A stretch of DNA of 64,000 nucleotides from Desulfobacterales bacterium (GTDB lineage Bacteria; Desulfobacterota; Desulfobacteria; Desulfobacterales; UBA2174). The translations under genes were made by a program, and so were the position numbers. The DNA lies in the NCBI GenBank assembly GCA_963668645.2, contig CAXXWC010000003.1, forward strand, positions 128,001 through 192,000, written 5' to 3'. Of the stretch, positions 8,402 through 17,080 are shown one piece after another. The notes below the pieces were generated by a model that was given only the letters and a program-made list of their open reading frames with translations, had not been told where the DNA came from and did not search any database. Positions within the stretch are counted from its first letter, which is position 1, and every line of letters begins with the position of its first letter.

Positions 8402-11126
8402 ACGGGACACCATCACCGCCCCGGCCGATCTCAAGGAAGATCTCGACGAAATCTCCAAATACGATCCCGAACTGCGTTTCCGGCAGGCGACGGGCATCAC
8501 CCTCAAACTCACCTTCTACATGACCCTGATCCTGTCGTTGTTTCACATCTATACGGCCGGGTTCGGGGTGCTTCAGGAATGGCGCCATCGGGCCTTTCAC
8601 CTCGCCTTCGTCCTGCCGCTGGTCTTTTTCCTTTACAGCATCCGTAAAGAGGCGGTCACCGAGGCCAAGCATTTCGTCTATGACATCATCTACGCCCTGA
8701 TCGGCGCGGCGATGTCGGCGGTCATGTTCGGCGAACTGTTCAACCTCTCCGGGATTTTGACGGCGGGATGGGCCATCGGGACATTCGCTCTGGTTTTTTA
8801 TTTCAAACGCCGTTGTTTCTGGACCCACCGGTTTCTGGCCTACCTGGATTTCATCGTTTTTACAGCCATGATCGGACTCATCGGCTGGGGTGCCCTGAAA
8901 CTGAACCAGGCCATCGATTTCAGCACCGTGTTCCACGATCCGAACAAGACCCTGATCTTCTGGAGCCTGTTTCTGTTCGCCATCTGTCTGTGCATCACGA
9001 CCCTTTTTATCATCCAGTGGCTGCGGGCCGCGGCGGGGATCTTCTCCGGACGCTTCAACTACATGCCCGACGAAGTGCCTTACTTCGACGTGTTTTGCGC
9101 CCTGCTGGCCTCGGCGGTCTCGGTCTACATCTTCCTGGAATTCAACGCGCTGGTCTTTCGCGCCGGGATGCCGACCCACATCGACATGGCCATGGGGGCT
9201 CTGGCCGTTTTGCTGGTGCTCGAAGGCACCCGGCGCAGCATCGGTGCACCTCTGGCGGTGATCGCCGTCATCGTGCTGATCAACTGCCGCTACGGCCCTC
9301 ACTTTCTCGACATCCCGGGACTAAGCTTCTTTGCCCACCGCGGCTACTCGGCCGAACGGATCATCGAACACATGTATCTGGGCACCGAGGGGATCTTCGG
9401 CATCCCTCTGGGGGTGGTGGCCACCTTCGTCTTTCACTTCGTGCTCTTTGGCATCTTCATCTCCAAGACCGGCCTGGGCCAGCTCTTCATCGACCTGGCC
9501 CTGGCCATCGCCGGCGGCACGGTGGGCGGCCCGGCCAAGGTTTCGGTGATCTCTTCGGGATTTCTGGGCTCCATCAGCGGCAGTTCCATCGCCAATACCG
9601 TGACCACCGGGGCCTTTACCATTCCGCTGATGAAAAAGGTCGGCTATAAACCGACCTTCGCCGGTGCGGTGGAGGCGGCCGCCTCCACCGGGGGCCAGCT
9701 CATGCCGCCCATCATGGGCGCAGCGGCCTTTATCATGGCCGAATTTTTAAGCATCCCCTACATCAAGATCGCCGCCTGCGCCATTATTCCATCCTTTTTG
9801 CACTTTTTTGCCGTGGGCACCATGGTCCACTTCGAGGCCCTCAAACAGGGGCTGATCGGGCTGCCGCGCGAATCGCTGCCGCGGGCTGGCAAGGTGCTGC
9901 GCGAGCGCGGATTGCTGGTCACGCCCCTGGTGGTGATCGTCTATCTTCTGATCAGTGGGTCAAGCCCGTTTTTAGCAGCCTACTGGGGGATCATCTTCTC
10001 GGTGGCCATCGGCCAGATCCACCGGCGCACCTGGCCGCTGCTGGTCACGATCTTTCTGAGCATGCCCTGCGTGCTGTTCTGGACCAACCCGCTGACCTAC
10101 GCCGTTTGGACCCTGGTGTTGTGGGCCGGCGCCGGGCTGGCCGCGATGGGCTGGCTTTTTGTCCGTTGCGAGCGGCGCGATTGGCTCTTCGGCGCCGTCA
10201 CTGCGGGTTTGCTCACCGTACTGCTGGCCTTCGGCGTGGAGGCCGACCTGGCCTCCTTTTTCGCCATCATGGCGGTCATTGCCATAGGAATCACATATCC
10301 GGAAAGCAAGATGCGCTTTCACGACATCCTCGACACCCTGGAGTGGGGTACCAAGAACGCGCTGGCCATCGGCGCGGCCTGCGCCTCGGTGGGCTTTATC
10401 GTGGGCGCCACAACCCTTACCGGACTAGGCCTGAAATTCGCCTCTGCAGTCATCGAGCTGGCTTCGGGGGTGGCAGAATTTGTCAACACCATCGACATCT
10501 TCCATCTGGCCACCCTGGACGGCACGACCCTCTTTTTCACCCTGGTCTTCACCGCCATCAGTTGCTTCATTCTCGGCATGGGCATTCCCACCACGGCCCA
10601 GTACATCATCGCCTCGATGATTGCGGCCCCGGCACTGATGCAGTGGGGCATCCACCCGCTGATCAGCCATATGTTCGTGCTCTTTTACGCCGTGCTGGCC
10701 GACGTCACCCCGCCGGTGGCCCTGGCCGCCTACGCCGCATCCGGGATCTCGGGAGGGGATCCCTTCAAGGCCGGATTCACGGCCTTCGCCCTGTCGTCGG
10801 CCAAGATCTACGTGCCCTTTGCCTTCGTCTATTCGCCGATCATCCTGTGGATGCCGCGCATCCTCGATCCCAGCGTGCCGTTCAACTACGGTGAGTTTAT
10901 CATCGTTTTTGCCACCGTGGTGCTGGGCGTGGTCTTTCTCGGCTCGACCATCATCGGCTACTTCAAGGCTAAATCGACCCGCATCGAACGCTTGTTTACC
11001 GGCGTGGCTGCAATATGCATGCTGGTCCATGAGCAGACATCCTCGATTGTCGGCGTGGCCATCATGATCGTCATCTACATCCTCCAGCGCAAACGAAGCC
11101 GTGCCTTGAAGACCGCATCGGCCTGA
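8394..11126 (+). CDS. TRAP transporter fused 4TM/12TM permease (TAXI type)
   Basis: EGIFGIPLGV, GGPAKVSV, GSSIANTVTTG, EAAASTGGQLMPPIMGA, LGMGIPTT, DVTPPVALAA motifs. Confidence 0.93.
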   Translation: MAERDTITAPADLKEDLDEISKYDPELRFRQATGITLKLTFYMTLILSLFHIYTAGFGVLQEWRHRAFHLAFVLPLVFFLYSIRKEAVTEAKHFVYDIIYALIGAAMSAVMFGELFNLSGILTAGWAIGTFALVFYFKRRCFWTHRFLAYLDFIVFTAMIGLIGWGALKLNQAIDFSTVFHDPNKTLIFWSLFLFAICLCITTLFIIQWLRAAAGIFSGRFNYMPDEVPYFDVFCALLASAVSVYIFLEFNALVFRAGMPTHIDMAMGALAVLLVLEGTRRSIGAPLAVIAVIVLINCRYGPHFLDIPGLSFFAHRGYSAERIIEHMYLGTEGIFGIPLGVVATFVFHFVLFGIFISKTGLGQLFIDLALAIAGGTVGGPAKVSVISSGFLGSISGSSIANTVTTGAFTIPLMKKVGYKPTFAGAVEAAASTGGQLMPPIMGAAAFIMAEFLSIPYIKIAACAIIPSFLHFFAVGTMVHFEALKQGLIGLPRESLPRAGKVLRERGLLVTPLVVIVYLLISGSSPFLAAYWGIIFSVAIGQIHRRTWPLLVTIFLSMPCVLFWTNPLTYAVWTLVLWAGAGLAAMGWLFVRCERRDWLFGAVTAGLLTVLLAFGVEADLASFFAIMAVIAIGITYPESKMRFHDILDTLEWGTKNALAIGAACASVGFIVGATTLTGLGLKFASAVIELASGVAEFVNTIDIFHLATLDGTTLFFTLVFTAISCFILGMGIPTTAQYIIASMIAAPALMQWGIHPLISHMFVLFYAVLADVTPPVALAAYAASGISGGDPFKAGFTAFALSSAKIYVPFAFVYSPIILWMPRILDPSVPFNYGEFIIVFATVVLGVVFLGSTIIGYFKAKSTRIERLFTGVAAICMLVHEQTSSIVGVAIMIVIYILQRKRSRALKTASA

Positions 11127-11146
11127 ATTCGAACCATCGTTTGCCC

Positions 11147-11180
11147 AAAGCCCCGGCCGGCATGTCCGACCGGGGCTTTT
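11147..11180 (+). terminator. Intrinsic (possibly bidirectional) terminator after the TRAP operon
   Basis: AAAGCCCCGG...CCGGGGCTTTT inverted repeat. Confidence 0.75.
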
Positions 11181-11230
11181 ACGTTCCGCGTCCGGCCTTC
11201 ATTCTTGCCAACTTTTCCGGTTTTTGCTAC

Positions 11231-11250
11231 ATGTCCGGAATATCGGACAT
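11231..11250. promoter_or_regulatory. Palindromic putative autoregulatory operator ATGTCCG-N6-CGGACAT
   Basis: Perfect 7-bp arms; same core as the two palindromes upstream of xsc. Confidence 0.6.
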
Positions 11251-11274
11251 CCCTTCCGGAAAAGGAGACTCTTC

Positions 11275-12657
11275 ATGCCCGAGTGGCTCAGCGGAACCTT
11301 CAAGGCCCTGATGGACGACATCTCCTCGGGGATCATCATCTGCGGCGAGGATCTCAAGATCCTCTACATCAACAAGTTTTACGCCCACCTGCTCGGAACC
11401 ACGCCGGAACGGGCCGTGGGCGGAGATATCCGCGATTTCTTCCCCGACTCGCGCGTCCCCTACGTGCTGCGCAGCGGCAATCCCGAGCTGCGCCAGCCCT
11501 GCCATCACCGCAAGGAGATCATCGGTCACGACACGGACATCATGCTGCTGGTCAACCGCCTGCCGGTCAAACAGGACGGCCGCACCGTGGCGGTGGTCAT
11601 CGAGACGATCTTCAAGGATACCTTGCAGGTCAAGGACTTCATGCTGCAAAACAACCTGCTGCGCCAGGAGGTACGCCACTACCGGCGCCGGCTCGACAGC
11701 GCCCTTTCGCCCACCTATACTCTCGGCGCCATCCTCGGCGGCAGCCGCCCCATCGCAGAGGCCCGAAGCTCGCTGAAACGTTTTGCCGACGCCGACGGCT
11801 CGCTGCTCATCCTCGGCAAGACCGGCGCGGGCAAGGAGCTATTCGCCCACGCGGCCCATGCCGAAAGCCGGCGCCACAGCCAGCCCTTCGTCTGCGTCAA
11901 CTGTGCGGCCATCCCCGGCGAACTGCTCGAATCCGAGCTGTTCGGCTACGAGTCCGGGGCCTTCACCGGCGCTCGCCAAGGGGGTAAAGCCGGTAAGGTG
12001 GAAATGGCCAATGGCGGCACTCTCTTTCTCGACGAGATCGGCGATCTGCTGCCCAGTGCCCAGGCCAAGCTGCTGCGCGTGCTGGAAACCAAAACCGTCG
12101 AACGGCTGGGCGGCACCAAGTCGATCCGGGTCGATTTCCGCCTGATCAGCGCCACCCATGCCGACCTGGAACAGATGATCGCCCGGCGCGAGTTCCGCGA
12201 AGACCTTTACTACCGAATCAGTTCCATGGTGCTCACGGTGCCGTCCCTGGCCGAACGGCGCGAAGACATCCTCCCGCTGGCCCACCACTTTTTAGCCACC
12301 GGCCGCCACCCGCAGGCCCGGATTTCAACGCCGGCCGCAGCCCTGCTCAAACGCTACGACTGGCCGGGCAACGTCCGGGAGCTGAAAAACGCCATTGAGC
12401 AGGCGGTCAGCCTGGCCGACGGTGCCGAAATCGGCCTCGAACACCTGTCGGCACGAATCCAGAGCAGCGGCAAACGCGAATCGCTGCCGGCCCACCCGCC
12501 GGGTCAGCCCCTGGCCGCGCGAATGGCCGAATTTGAAAGCCGGGTGATCACCGAGGCTCTGGAGGCCGCCGGCGGCAAGCGGATCGAGGCCGCCCGATCC
12601 CTTGGCATCTCCCGCTCCACTTTCTATGAAAAAGCCAAGACCCTGGGTTTGATCTGA
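11275..12657 (+). CDS. PAS-domain sigma-54-dependent transcriptional activator (bEBP, Fis HTH)
   Basis: GKTGAGKE, ESELFGYESGAFTGA, FLDEIG, WPGNVREL, AARSLGISRSTFYEK; AAGGAG RBS. Confidence 0.92.
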   Translation: MPEWLSGTFKALMDDISSGIIICGEDLKILYINKFYAHLLGTTPERAVGGDIRDFFPDSRVPYVLRSGNPELRQPCHHRKEIIGHDTDIMLLVNRLPVKQDGRTVAVVIETIFKDTLQVKDFMLQNNLLRQEVRHYRRRLDSALSPTYTLGAILGGSRPIAEARSSLKRFADADGSLLILGKTGAGKELFAHAAHAESRRHSQPFVCVNCAAIPGELLESELFGYESGAFTGARQGGKAGKVEMANGGTLFLDEIGDLLPSAQAKLLRVLETKTVERLGGTKSIRVDFRLISATHADLEQMIARREFREDLYYRISSMVLTVPSLAERREDILPLAHHFLATGRHPQARISTPAAALLKRYDWPGNVRELKNAIEQAVSLADGAEIGLEHLSARIQSSGKRESLPAHPPGQPLAARMAEFESRVITEALEAAGGKRIEAARSLGISRSTFYEKAKTLGLI

Positions 12658-12682
12658 ACGGACCGCCCATCGGGCCCAAATC

Positions 12683-12716
12683 GTCCGGTGATCCGGACAC
12701 GTCCGAATCACCGGAC
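12683..12716. promoter_or_regulatory. Tandem putative upstream activator sites GTCCG-N6-CGGAC x2
   Basis: GTCCGgtgatcCGGAC (12683-12698) and GTCCGaatcacCGGAC (12701-12716), about 90-120 nt upstream of the -24 box, with an AT-rich tract (12754-12780) in between. Confidence 0.65.
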
Positions 12717-12804
12717 ACCCCCAGGTGCCGGCCGCGGAGGGCAAAACTCCATACAAATCATTTAATTACAAATAATTACGCCATAGCCAATCCGATCCGC
12801 AAGG

Positions 12805-12820
12805 TGGCAGGGTATTTGCT
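12805..12820 (+). promoter_or_regulatory. Sigma-54 (-24/-12) promoter of xsc
   Basis: TGGCAGGGTATTTGCT with GG-N10-GC spacing. Confidence 0.85.
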
Positions 12821-12903
12821 TAACATCTTCTCAAAACGCGCTCGTCTTAACAGCGCATCGATCTTTTCAACCGATTGTGAGTGCAAAACAACAGGAGGAT
12901 GTA

Positions 12904-14637
12904 ATGGCAAAGCAGAAGATGACCCCCAGCGAGGCGTTGGTCGAAAGCATGGTCGCCGAAGGGGTGCGGGAAGTTTTCGGTATCGTCGGATCGGCCTACA
13001 TGGATGCCCTGGATCTGTTTCCGGACGCCGGGATACGGTTTATTCCGGTGGCCCATGAACAGGCTGCGGCCCACGCGGCCGACGGCCTGGCCCGGGTCAG
13101 CGGCAAGCCGCAGGTCTGCATCGCCCAGAACGGTCCGGGTGCTGCCAATTTCGTATCGGCCATGGTGGCAGCCTACTGGGCCCATTCCCCGGTGGTGGCG
13201 ATCACTCCGGAAACAGGTTCCATGGGCATCGGCACCGGCGGCTTCCAGGAGCTGGACCAGATGGCGATGTTCCAGCGCCAGACGGTCTACCAGGTGCGTG
13301 TCAACCGGCCCCAGCGCATGGCCGAACTGACCCGCCGGGCTTTTTACATGGCCAAGAACTTCAACGGTCCGACCCAGCTGAACATCCCCCGCGACTATTT
13401 TTACGGCGAGTGCAACGACGAAATCTACGAGACCCCGGTGATCCGCCGCGGTCCGGGCTCCATGGAGGATGTGGCCGAGGCCGCCCGCATCCTGGCCGAG
13501 GCCAAGTACCCGGTGATCCTGGCCGGCGGTGGCGTCTCCCAGGCCGACGCGGTGGCCGAGGTCGCCGCCCTGGCCGAGTACCTCAGCGCCCCGGTGGTCA
13601 ACAGCTATCTTCACAACGACAGCTTTCCGGCCAGCCACGCCCTTTCCTGCGGGCCCATCGGCTACTGCGGCTCCAAGGCCGCCATGCGCACCATCAAGAA
13701 GGCCGACGTGGTCCTGGCCCTCGGCACCCGCCTGGGTCCCTTCGGCACCCTGCCCCAGTACGACATGGCCTACTGGCCCGACGGCGCCAAGCTGATCCAG
13801 TGCGACACCAACGTGGCGGTGCTCGGCGTGGCCAAGCGCGCCGACGTCTACAGCTGCGGCAACGTCAAGGAGTTCGCCGCCCTGCTGCTCGATCGCGTCA
13901 AGGGCCTGGCCCCCGGCCTCGGTCCCGATGCCGCTCGCCTGGCCGATGTCGCCAAGGAAAAGGCCGTCTGGGATGCGGAGATCGGCGAGTGGAGCGCCAG
14001 CGGCCAGTCGAAACCGATGCACCCGCGCCGCTTCCACCAGGAGTGGACCCGTGCCCTGCCCAAGGGCAGCATCGTGACCACCGACATCGGCAACAACTCG
14101 TCGATGATCAATGCCTATCTCAAGTTCGAGGGGGTACGCCAGCACATCAGCGCACTTTCCTGGGGCAACTGCGGTTTTGCCTACGGCGCGGCCCTGGGCT
14201 GCAAGATGGGCCGGCCCGATGCGCCGGTGATCGCCTTCCAGGGCGACGGGGCCTACGGGATCAGCGGGGTGGCCGAGGTGATGACCGCCGTGCGCGAAAA
14301 CATCCCGGTGATCGCCATCGTGGCCTGCAACTACGAGTGGGGCGCCGAGAAGAAGAACCAGATCGACTACTACGACAACCGCTTCGTGGGCGCCAACCTG
14401 CCCACCAATCCGGACTACGCCAAGCTGGCCGAAGACATGGGGGCCCTGGGCTTCCGCGTCGATCACCCCGACCAGGTCGGAGACGTAATGAAAGAGGCCA
14501 TCGCTTCGGGACGGCCCTGCGTGATCAACGCCATCCTGGAAGGTGGAGAACGCGTATTGGCCGAGCCGTTCCGCCGCGATGCGCTCAACATGCCGGTGCG
14601 CCACTTGCCCAAATACGCCCACCTCAACGCCAAGTAG
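12904..14637 (+). CDS. xsc: Sulfoacetaldehyde acetyltransferase (ThDP-dependent)
   Basis: MTPSEA..FGIVGSAYMD..LFPDAGIRF..VAHEQ start, TDIGN, GDGAYG ThDP motif, WGAEKKNQIDYYDNRFVG and AEPFRRDAL, all characteristic of Xsc; AGGAGG RBS. Confidence 0.88.
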   Translation: MAKQKMTPSEALVESMVAEGVREVFGIVGSAYMDALDLFPDAGIRFIPVAHEQAAAHAADGLARVSGKPQVCIAQNGPGAANFVSAMVAAYWAHSPVVAITPETGSMGIGTGGFQELDQMAMFQRQTVYQVRVNRPQRMAELTRRAFYMAKNFNGPTQLNIPRDYFYGECNDEIYETPVIRRGPGSMEDVAEAARILAEAKYPVILAGGGVSQADAVAEVAALAEYLSAPVVNSYLHNDSFPASHALSCGPIGYCGSKAAMRTIKKADVVLALGTRLGPFGTLPQYDMAYWPDGAKLIQCDTNVAVLGVAKRADVYSCGNVKEFAALLLDRVKGLAPGLGPDAARLADVAKEKAVWDAEIGEWSASGQSKPMHPRRFHQEWTRALPKGSIVTTDIGNNSSMINAYLKFEGVRQHISALSWGNCGFAYGAALGCKMGRPDAPVIAFQGDGAYGISGVAEVMTAVRENIPVIAIVACNYEWGAEKKNQIDYYDNRFVGANLPTNPDYAKLAEDMGALGFRVDHPDQVGDVMKEAIASGRPCVINAILEGGERVLAEPFRRDALNMPVRHLPKYAHLNAK

Positions 14638-14761
14638 AACCTCTGCCGGCTGCGCACCGGGGGGTGCCCCCGGTGCAGCGGGCATGACAACCCGCCGGGA
14701 AAAAGCCGCACGGCCCGGATTACGGCCGGCGCTTTTCCCGGCGTTTATCCAAGGGGGCTGC

Positions 14762-16222
14762 TTGACCTCACTCTACCGCCGGCTTAACCGCGCCGGCTAC
14801 GTCTGTTCGTCCGCCTTTGCTTCGGCCGTTGCAGCCACCCTGGCCACCCGCCCGGTGGCCGGCGCTATCCTGGAGGGACCCATCGGCACCGGCAAGAGCT
14901 TCCTCCCCCAGGTGCTGGCCGGCGTGCTGGAAGCCGAGTTTTTCTTTTACCAGTGCTTTCCCGGGACCCGCGAAGAAGACCTGATCCTCAAGATGCTGCC
15001 CAGCGAGGACACCATCAGCGGCATCTGCATCGAGGAAGGGGTCCTGGTGCAGGCCGTGACAGCCACCGGCAGCGCGGATCGGCAACCGGTAATACTGGTC
15101 CTGGACGAATGGGACAAGACCCGTCCCAGCGCCGACGCCTTTTTGCTCGATTTTCTGCAAAACGGCCGCATCGCCCTGTCCGGTCGCTCCTGGCAGGCCG
15201 ATCTGACGCGTCTGGTGGTCTTTTTAACGGTCAACAACGAACGCGAACTCTCCGAGCCGCTGCTGCGCAGGCTGCCCAAGATCGCGTTCGCGCACCTGCC
15301 GACGGCCTATGCCCAGCGCGCCCTGGAAGCCACCCACCCCGACCACCCGTTTTTGTTCAGCGCCCTGGTGCTCTACGAACGCTGCCTGATGGCCGGGCTG
15401 GCCAAGCCGGCCACCATCCAGGAGCTGCGCCAGCTCCTGGACGCCGCCACCACGCTGGGCACCGCGGCGGACTGGGACGCACTGGTGTTCCAGTTCGTCA
15501 CCAAGAGCGAGGAGGCCCACACCCGGCTTCAGGCCACCGAGGCGGAGCCGGCCAGCTGGCAGCACCGGTTGCGCGTACGCCTCGATCCCGGGGCCTACGA
15601 ACTGAGCCAGCGCCGGCCCGGGCCGGCTGAAGGCGAATGGGAGGACCTTCGCATGCCGCGCCTTTGCCAGGCGCGCCGCTTCGATGATGCCATCGTGGCC
15701 GAGGCGGCCACCTTCGACGCCGCAGCGGCCAGCGGCATCGTCCAGCTCACCGATGCAGCCTACGACGCGGCCGTGCGCCAGGTTGCCCGCCCGGAACCGT
15801 CCGCGGCCCGCATCGGCGATTTCGCCCACGTCAGCGGCGATGGATTTCTGGTCATCGACCGGCCGCTAAGCCTGCGCGACCTGCCTCTTTTAGAACGCTT
15901 CTGGGGGGAAAACGGAGAGGTCTGCTTCGTGGAACCCCGGGCCACCTGGGAGGATGTCAAGGCCCTGCAGCAATGGGCACCCATGGCCATCGTCAAGTTC
16001 TCGCGAGACGAAATCCTGGCCAGGGCCGCCGGGATCGATCTTCGCTGGACCCCGCAGCGCGGTGCCGAGATCATCGTCGGCCTCGGGGCCCGCGATGTTT
16101 TCAACCAATGCTTCGGCCGGGCCTGGGGCGCCTTGGGCGAAGGACGCTGGATCGGCCGCAAGGGGCTGATCTATCAGCACTACGCCCCGCAAGAGGAAGT
16201 CCATGGGCCTGCCGCGTCTTGA
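14762..16222 (+). CDS. MoxR/CoxD-like AAA+ ATPase with long unassigned C-terminal region
   Basis: Walker A GPIGTGKS, Walker B LVLDEWDK, FLTVNNERELSEPLLRR sensor I/Arg finger; start uncertain (TTG 14762 with GGGGG RBS, or ATG 14684). Confidence 0.75.
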   Translation: MTSLYRRLNRAGYVCSSAFASAVAATLATRPVAGAILEGPIGTGKSFLPQVLAGVLEAEFFFYQCFPGTREEDLILKMLPSEDTISGICIEEGVLVQAVTATGSADRQPVILVLDEWDKTRPSADAFLLDFLQNGRIALSGRSWQADLTRLVVFLTVNNERELSEPLLRRLPKIAFAHLPTAYAQRALEATHPDHPFLFSALVLYERCLMAGLAKPATIQELRQLLDAATTLGTAADWDALVFQFVTKSEEAHTRLQATEAEPASWQHRLRVRLDPGAYELSQRRPGPAEGEWEDLRMPRLCQARRFDDAIVAEAATFDAAAASGIVQLTDAAYDAAVRQVARPEPSAARIGDFAHVSGDGFLVIDRPLSLRDLPLLERFWGENGEVCFVEPRATWEDVKALQQWAPMAIVKFSRDEILARAAGIDLRWTPQRGAEIIVGLGARDVFNQCFGRAWGALGEGRWIGRKGLIYQHYAPQEEVHGPAAS

Positions 16223-17042
16223 GCGCGCCTGGCGCGCCCGGATCGATCCGATCGAGGCTCCGGAACCGGTGGCATCGGCAGCCGGCAGGCCTGCGGCGGG
16301 CGATCCGCGCCGCATCGCCCGGCACCGCATCGCCCATGGCGATCGGTTGCGCGACACGGGCCGTACCCGGCCCATCCCGGCCCACATCACCCCGCTGGCC
16401 GAAGATCCGGGGGACGAATTTACCGCCGCGGCCACGCGCAACTTCAACAAGGCCTTCGATCTCGAAGCGGCCCGCTGCCGCAGGCTGCAATGGGCCCTGG
16501 CAACGGTGGTGGCCAAGATCGCCGAAGACCTCGGCGGCTGGCCGGTGCCCGGCGATGCGCAGTGGGATGTAGGGGCCCTGATGGCCCGCCGCCTCGACCG
16601 CCGGCCCCTGCTCCACTGCCGCCGGAGCATGGAAAAGACCGCCTTGGTGATGGCCCTGGACAGTTCGGGCTCCTGTCTGGCCCAGGCCCGCTTCTACGCC
16701 CGGATGGCCGCCGCATCCGCAGCACTGGGCGACATCGAACTCTTCGATGCCCCCAACGCCGGCCTGCGCGCCCGCTACCAGCGCTCGGGCTGGCAGACGG
16801 TCCCCGATCCACGCTGGGACTTCAAGCGCCGCACCATCGTCTTTTGCGGCGACTTCGACGGCGGCGACCAGGTGGTCAAGGCCAGCCGCACCAATACGGT
16901 CTACTGGTTCTGCAGCGAAAGCCGCTACCCCAGCATGCACCTGCATCCCTGGTGCACCCTGACTCTGGCCGATTTCAAGGGGCGGTTTTTCGTCTGCCGC
17001 AACGAAAACGACTTTCTGCATCTGATGCGCACGGTCCGCTGA
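16203..17042 (+). CDS. VWA/MIDAS-like domain protein (MoxR partner)
   Basis: LVMALDSSGS MIDAS motif and downstream IVFCGDFDG; overlaps the AAA gene by 20 nt; GAGG RBS. Confidence 0.65.
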   Translation: MGLPRLERAWRARIDPIEAPEPVASAAGRPAAGDPRRIARHRIAHGDRLRDTGRTRPIPAHITPLAEDPGDEFTAAATRNFNKAFDLEAARCRRLQWALATVVAKIAEDLGGWPVPGDAQWDVGALMARRLDRRPLLHCRRSMEKTALVMALDSSGSCLAQARFYARMAAASAALGDIELFDAPNAGLRARYQRSGWQTVPDPRWDFKRRTIVFCGDFDGGDQVVKASRTNTVYWFCSESRYPSMHLHPWCTLTLADFKGRFFVCRNENDFLHLMRTVR

Positions 17043-17080
17043 TCCGAGCTCGTGCGACTTGCTTCATGCATCCAGTCGTT

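Noticed and set aside
12847..14685. 612-aa antisense ORF over xsc, and similar long antisense ORFs over the TAXI, ndvB, DUF294 and kinase genes
   Set aside because: Shadow ORFs expected from high-GC codon bias; no recognisable motifs.
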